Below, piece after piece: positions 26,183 through 29,716 of a stretch of DNA of 29,716 bases; the stretch's first letter is position 1; every line of letters begins with the position of its first letter. Below the pieces are notes generated by a model, which did no database searches, was not told where the DNA came from, and worked only from the letters and a program-made list of their open reading frames with translations. The position numbers and the translations under genes were made by a program. The stretch is taken from positions 1-29,716 of the IMG/VR virus record IMGVR_UViG_3300034418_002387. The stretch is one strand, 5' to 3'. This stretch comes from a virus. Its lineage: Duplodnaviria > Caudoviricetes.

Positions 26183-26448
26183 TATGTTATTAAATGTATT
26201 AACCAGGCAATTAGCCCATTTATATTTAAAGCTACTAGATTCCATTGTTTTCTAGAGCTAGTTTGTATTACTACTAGTATAAAACCTATAATGTAAAGTT
26301 TAGGCTCTATAGTCCATTGGGCAGCGATCAAAAAACCGCTACCCATATAACCTACTCTAGTTGCTAAGCGTTTCCAAGGACTTAGCCTCTTCTGCCTTAC
26401 TAGACTGTTCAGCAGCTTGCTCTTTAACTTTTTCGATTGCTTTATCAT
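26182..26448 (-). CDS. Small membrane protein (about three hydrophobic segments)
   Basis: Basic N-terminus followed by hydrophobic helices. Its stop overlaps the nrdA start. Confidence 0.65.
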   Translation of the reverse strand: MIKQSKKLKSKLLNSLVRQKRLSPWKRLATRVGYMGSGFLIAAQWTIEPKLYIIGFILVVIQTSSRKQWNLVALNINGLIAWLIHLIT

Positions 26449-26587
26449 ACCCAGGCATGTTTTTAATTGTTTCTAATACACCTAAAGCTATTGTAGCTGT
26501 TTGGTTTAATTCACTTATTAGTTTTTGATTGATTCGACCTAAGGTTTCAATCTTATTCCTCATTTTAATTAATTCACTTTCTTTCAT
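26357..26587 (-). CDS. Hypothetical coiled-coil protein
   Basis: 76 aa with an AT-rich leader. Overlaps the next ORF by up to 92 nt. Confidence 0.6.
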   Translation of the reverse strand: MKESELIKMRNKIETLGRINQKLISELNQTATIALGVLETIKNMPGYDKAIEKVKEQAAEQSSKAEEAKSLETLSN

Positions 26588-26625
26588 ATAATTGCTTTAT
26601 AATTTCATAATTAGTTATATTTATT

Positions 26626-27594
26626 TTACCACATATCGTCGAAGTCTTCTCCTTCGTTTGCCTTCGAATAATCCGTTGGACGAATAGCAAAGAAATCAGT
26701 ATGAGTGACGCCCCCGGTAAGATGATAAAACCAATCAAGATTACCCGCTGCTTTATTGTCATACGCAAAATAATTTCCAAGATCGACGTAACCGAGTTCC
26801 ACAAGTTTTTCATTTGTTCTCTTTTTTATAAAGTGTTTTAAATCATTTGATGATATACCTTCTATATCACCCATCTCAAACATTTTGTCTATATACTTGA
26901 TCTCAAGATCAACCATTGTTTTAGCAGCTTTTATTATGTCTTCTCTACATAAATTCAGCAATTGGTTATCTTCTTCACACATATGTTTAAATAACTGACA
27001 ACCCATTCTACTATGCAATGATTCATCTCTTACTGACCATTTCATTTGTTGCCCAATACCTTTAAGCAAATTACGCAACTGAAAAGAATACAGAACTGCA
27101 AAAGCAGAGTATAAGCTAACACCCTCAGCGAAGGCAGAAAAGACTGCAAGAGATTTAGCAATACCAACACTAGAGTCACCGTCATAAGCAACGAGGTTAT
27201 CAAAACGAGCCGCTGTAGCAGGTTCATGTAAAAATGCCTCATAATCTTCTAATTTTAATGTTTCATTTAAATAACTATAAGCAACAGCATGCACTGTCTC
27301 TTGTGATCCAAACATCATTGCCATTTGTTGGATCTCGTGTTTCGGAAACCATCCAACAACTTTTTGAGTCCAATAATCGGAAACTGCGCATTCTGTTTGA
27401 GCGAACCCAAGTAAAATATTTCCGACGAGGTTTTTTTCTTTTTCGTTAAGTTTTTCATTCCAATCTTTTATGTCACTTTGCATTGATATTTCAGTGTGTA
27501 ACCAAAATGCTTGTGCTTGTTTTAACCAACCCTCAGTGTAGTACTCAGGGTATTCAAACGGTTTGTACGCTATGCGCTCATCAAATAAACCCAT
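26626..27594 (-). CDS. nrdB: Class I ribonucleotide reductase small subunit (NrdBi / class Id-like)
   Basis: YKPFEYP, AFW, QTECAV, ETVHAVAYS, AEGVSLYSAF, RDESLH, DFF...DY motifs. Confidence 0.95.
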   Translation of the reverse strand: MGLFDERIAYKPFEYPEYYTEGWLKQAQAFWLHTEISMQSDIKDWNEKLNEKEKNLVGNILLGFAQTECAVSDYWTQKVVGWFPKHEIQQMAMMFGSQETVHAVAYSYLNETLKLEDYEAFLHEPATAARFDNLVAYDGDSSVGIAKSLAVFSAFAEGVSLYSAFAVLYSFQLRNLLKGIGQQMKWSVRDESLHSRMGCQLFKHMCEEDNQLLNLCREDIIKAAKTMVDLEIKYIDKMFEMGDIEGISSNDLKHFIKKRTNEKLVELGYVDLGNYFAYDNKAAGNLDWFYHLTGGVTHTDFFAIRPTDYSKANEGEDFDDMW

Positions 27595-27746
27595 TACTTA
27601 TAAATTGTCCATGCTAAATCTATTAATGGTAAATATAAGACGTGTATTGTAGCGTCTTCCATATCGTAACTTCTAATACCTAGTAAAAAACCAGGGTAAA
27701 AACCAACCTCTAAACTCCAGGCTGATTTACTTTCATCTTCTTTCAT
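27594..27746 (-). CDS. Hypothetical protein, 50 aa
   Basis: Not in the track. MKEDESKSAWSLEVGFYPGFLLGIRSY...HVLYLPLIDLAWTIYK. ATGA overlap upstream, TAATG overlap with nrdB. Confidence 0.7.
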   Translation of the reverse strand: MKEDESKSAWSLEVGFYPGFLLGIRSYDMEDATIHVLYLPLIDLAWTIYK

Positions 27747-27913
27747 GTGCAGATTATATTATATCTTTTATGTAATTGTTCTATATCTATTGATCTTACT
27801 TTGCCTTTGGTTTCCCAACTCCATTTGACAAACTTATCAATTTTTCTTTCAGCGTACTTTTGTCTAGCTATTATTTTCTTTTGGAAAGGATTAGCTGTAT
27901 TGTTCTGTCGCAT
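27743..27913 (-). CDS. Hypothetical basic protein, up to 56 aa
   Basis: Not in the track. MRQNNTANPFQKKIIARQKYAERKIDKFVKWSWETKG...ICT. Ends in an ATGA overlap; start uncertain. Confidence 0.55.
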   Translation of the reverse strand: MRQNNTANPFQKKIIARQKYAERKIDKFVKWSWETKGKVRSIDIEQLHKRYNIICT

Positions 27914-28326
27914 TCTTTTTGATTTTGAGGTTTGTATAATGTAACTGTAGGAAACTGGTTCATTACTAGTCTTTTAAATAACTTCCAACGCATTGGAAAT
28001 GACTCATTAGCTCTACCTTTGGTTTCAATTATAAAATCTTCACCTATAAAATCAGGTGTATATTTAATAGGTAAGATACGTTTGCATCCTCTATTTTTAT
28101 ACTCACCTTTTCCATTAGATTGTCTTTCATAAACTTCATTTTCAAAATGAAAACCACTTAGTAATACAAAGGTCTCTCCTTCGTACTTAGCTTTTATTTT
28201 AGCTTTCTTTAACGCCATATACATATAACGTTCTAAACCTGAAGCGAAGTTGATCCCATCATAAGTAACTTTTTTACTCACAACAGGACCTCTTTTCTTC
28301 TTAAAAGGTCTTTTCCTTTTTATCAT
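27871..28326 (-). CDS. T7 endonuclease I-like Holliday junction resolvase
   Basis: FASGLE, KYE, YTPDF, IIETKG (PD-(D/E)xK pattern of T7 gp3). Confidence 0.85.
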   Translation of the reverse strand: MIKRKRPFKKKRGPVVSKKVTYDGINFASGLERYMYMALKKAKIKAKYEGETFVLLSGFHFENEVYERQSNGKGEYKNRGCKRILPIKYTPDFIGEDFIIETKGRANESFPMRWKLFKRLVMNQFPTVTLYKPQNQKECDRTIQLILSKRK

Positions 28327-28679
28327 TTCTTACCTGTAACTAATTCATAATTTACATCAAGATCACTTAAACTATCATAATGTAAACCATCGTTTCCGTT
28401 TTGACCTATAATGTTCATTCTCTTTTCGTCTTCATAAGCATAATGCTTTAACATAAGGTCTTCTAATTCATCAGATAAACAACGCTTCGCTGATTCTATA
28501 TATAATAATGCATCCATTAATTCTTCTTGAACATCAACTAAAAACCTGTTAAGATCTTTTTTCTGGCCTTCAATTTCTTGCATCATTGTAGCTCCATATT
28601 TTTTTTGACCTACTAAACTACGCTGATCCATTTTCTTAAGTACCTTTAGTACTATTTCATCTTTAGTTTCTATTTTCAT
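28323..28679 (-). CDS. Putative all-alpha NTP pyrophosphohydrolase (MazG-like) protein
   Basis: R..VGQKKYG followed by acidic helix DVQEELMDALLY. C-terminal MNIIGQNGNDGLHY tail. Confidence 0.5.
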   Translation of the reverse strand: MKIETKDEIVLKVLKKMDQRSLVGQKKYGATMMQEIEGQKKDLNRFLVDVQEELMDALLYIESAKRCLSDELEDLMLKHYAYEDEKRMNIIGQNGNDGLHYDSLSDLDVNYELVTGKK

Positions 28680-28681
28680 AA

Positions 28682-29452
28682 TTATAAACTTTCTGATTTT
28701 ACAAAAGACCCATTAACCATTCTACCTGTTCTAGACTTAATAACATCGTAAGCTGAAGTTACACAGTCTTCAATATTGTGGCCTCTTAATTTTGCTAAGT
28801 TGGTTAATACTACAACCATATCACCGATAGCGTCTATAACCTCCGGCTCATCATCTTTAAGTATAGCTTGAGCAAGCTCACCAGCTTCTTCCATTAACTT
28901 AACATATTGAGTTCTAGAGTCACCTGATTTGTATATGCCTTTATCAGTAGCCCATTGCCTTATTAGATCATATACATTTACTTCATTATCTTTATAAACA
29001 TTTTTTGTTTTATTAAAACAAGCTTCGTAAAAAGCTTTATTGTAAATATAAGATCTATCACTGTTAAACATAGACGTTTTAACATTTTGCATTATCCACT
29101 GTATATTTTCTTTTGTTATTTCAAAAGTACCAAACTCTGAATGCTTCCATTTTAAACCAATATTATCCATTAATCTTCCCTTTAATTTATTTATAGGTAA
29201 TGGAAACGTGGTTGTTTGTTCTGTTACGTTTATTTTCATTTTATTAAATAGGTTTTTATATAATTTAATATCTCTTTTATAGCCATAAGACTTTTGAAGT
29301 TCTATTTCCTTGTCAGATATATAATCTATATCATCGCTAGTAAGTAGAACTTCGTATTCATCTGCGCTATAACCTTGTTGATGTGTGACGCGACTATTAA
29401 GATCACGCGTAACACCGATCTTTTTACCCGGTATGTGGTATAAATAATACAT
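28682..29452 (-). CDS. GIY-YIG-like domain + central domain + MazG-family pyrophosphohydrolase fusion
   Basis: N-terminus YYLYHIPGKKIGVT..R..E. C-terminus KLMEEAGELA...DAIGDMVVVL...AYDVIKSRTG. Confidence 0.75.
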   Translation of the reverse strand: MYYLYHIPGKKIGVTRDLNSRVTHQQGYSADEYEVLLTSDDIDYISDKEIELQKSYGYKRDIKLYKNLFNKMKINVTEQTTTFPLPINKLKGRLMDNIGLKWKHSEFGTFEITKENIQWIMQNVKTSMFNSDRSYIYNKAFYEACFNKTKNVYKDNEVNVYDLIRQWATDKGIYKSGDSRTQYVKLMEEAGELAQAILKDDEPEVIDAIGDMVVVLTNLAKLRGHNIEDCVTSAYDVIKSRTGRMVNGSFVKSESL

Positions 29453-29455
29453 AAT

Positions 29456-29716
29456 TTATAGTTTATTATTATATAAGTGCATGTTATGTGCGTGATGGTA
29501 ATACCAACCCGTTTCAATAGACAGTCTCTCTGCAACTAATTGCTGTAACGACGCAAATTGATACTGATCATTACAGAAACCGTACCAGATGTCATTAGAA
29601 CGCATATAGACAGACATACATAGCTTTTCGTCTATGATTGAAAACTGTATAGCATAAGTACAAGGCGTATCATTACCGTATTCTGCATGCTCTTTAGCGT
29701 CATATATACTTATAGC
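29456..29716 (-). CDS. Thymidylate synthase-family enzyme, C-terminal part (dCMP-modifying type)
   Basis: Not in the track; runs in from the right edge. DTPCT...QF...MRSNDIWYGFCNDQYQF...HNMHLY. Confidence 0.9.
   Translation of the reverse strand, partial: AISIYDAKEHAEYGNDTPCTYAIQFSIIDEKLCMSVYMRSNDIWYGFCNDQYQFASLQQLVAERLSIETGWYYHHAHNMHLYNNKL

Noticed and set aside
26183-26245. 21-aa N-terminal extension of NrdA
   Set aside because: Lies within the upstream membrane-protein gene. The TAATG overlap supports the 26182 start.
26597-26608. Minigene MKL* on the - strand after nrdB
   Set aside because: Too short to distinguish from chance in AT-rich DNA.
24853-27242. Several long same-strand +1-frame ORFs within nrdA and nrdB
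   Set aside because: Products lack recognisable motifs. Preference for NTT/NTC over NTA codons would deplete +1-frame stops and explain them.
1-29716. Stop-codon reassignment, introns or inteins as seen in some crAss-like phages
   Set aside because: Genes are intact and densely packed under the standard code. No intein motifs or interruptions seen in nrdA, nrdB or MCP.
1-29716. tRNA genes, CRISPR arrays, DGR repeats, integrase or transposase
   Set aside because: Intergenic gaps are short and no such patterns were seen by eye.

Overview
AT-rich segment of a tailed podovirus-type phage genome with a crAss-like virion module. The host is probably a Bacteroidota/Flavobacteriia member: A/T-rich leaders without Shine-Dalgarno sequences and an NrdAi/NrdBi-like RNR. 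The + strand (1-24368) carries portal (5'-truncated), scaffold-like protein, major capsid protein, conserved virion and tail-ring proteins, a tail muzzle/stabilization function split over two genes, a GNAT-fold protein, two ejection/cargo proteins, a 2703-aa giant protein and small basic or membrane proteins. A terminator separates this from a convergent - strand block: nrdA, nrdB, an endonuclease I-like resolvase, MazG-like enzymes and a thymidylate-synthase-family gene. Main observations: (1) the giant protein shows no recognisable crAss RNA polymerase motif and looks like a modular injected polyprotein with a degenerate zincin, a sigma-70 region-2-like segment, an HNH-like module and a HAD phosphatase, the last modules separated by repeated KFSK motifs; (2) a candidate -1 frameshift pseudoknot near its 5' end would give a ~92-aa alternative product; (3) a 37-aa basic 'MPFK' gene is nested out of frame in the scaffold gene; (4) the TS-family enzyme has the dCMP-specific Asp, suggesting cytosine-modified DNA. 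All family assignments come from motif recognition by eye; no searches were run.
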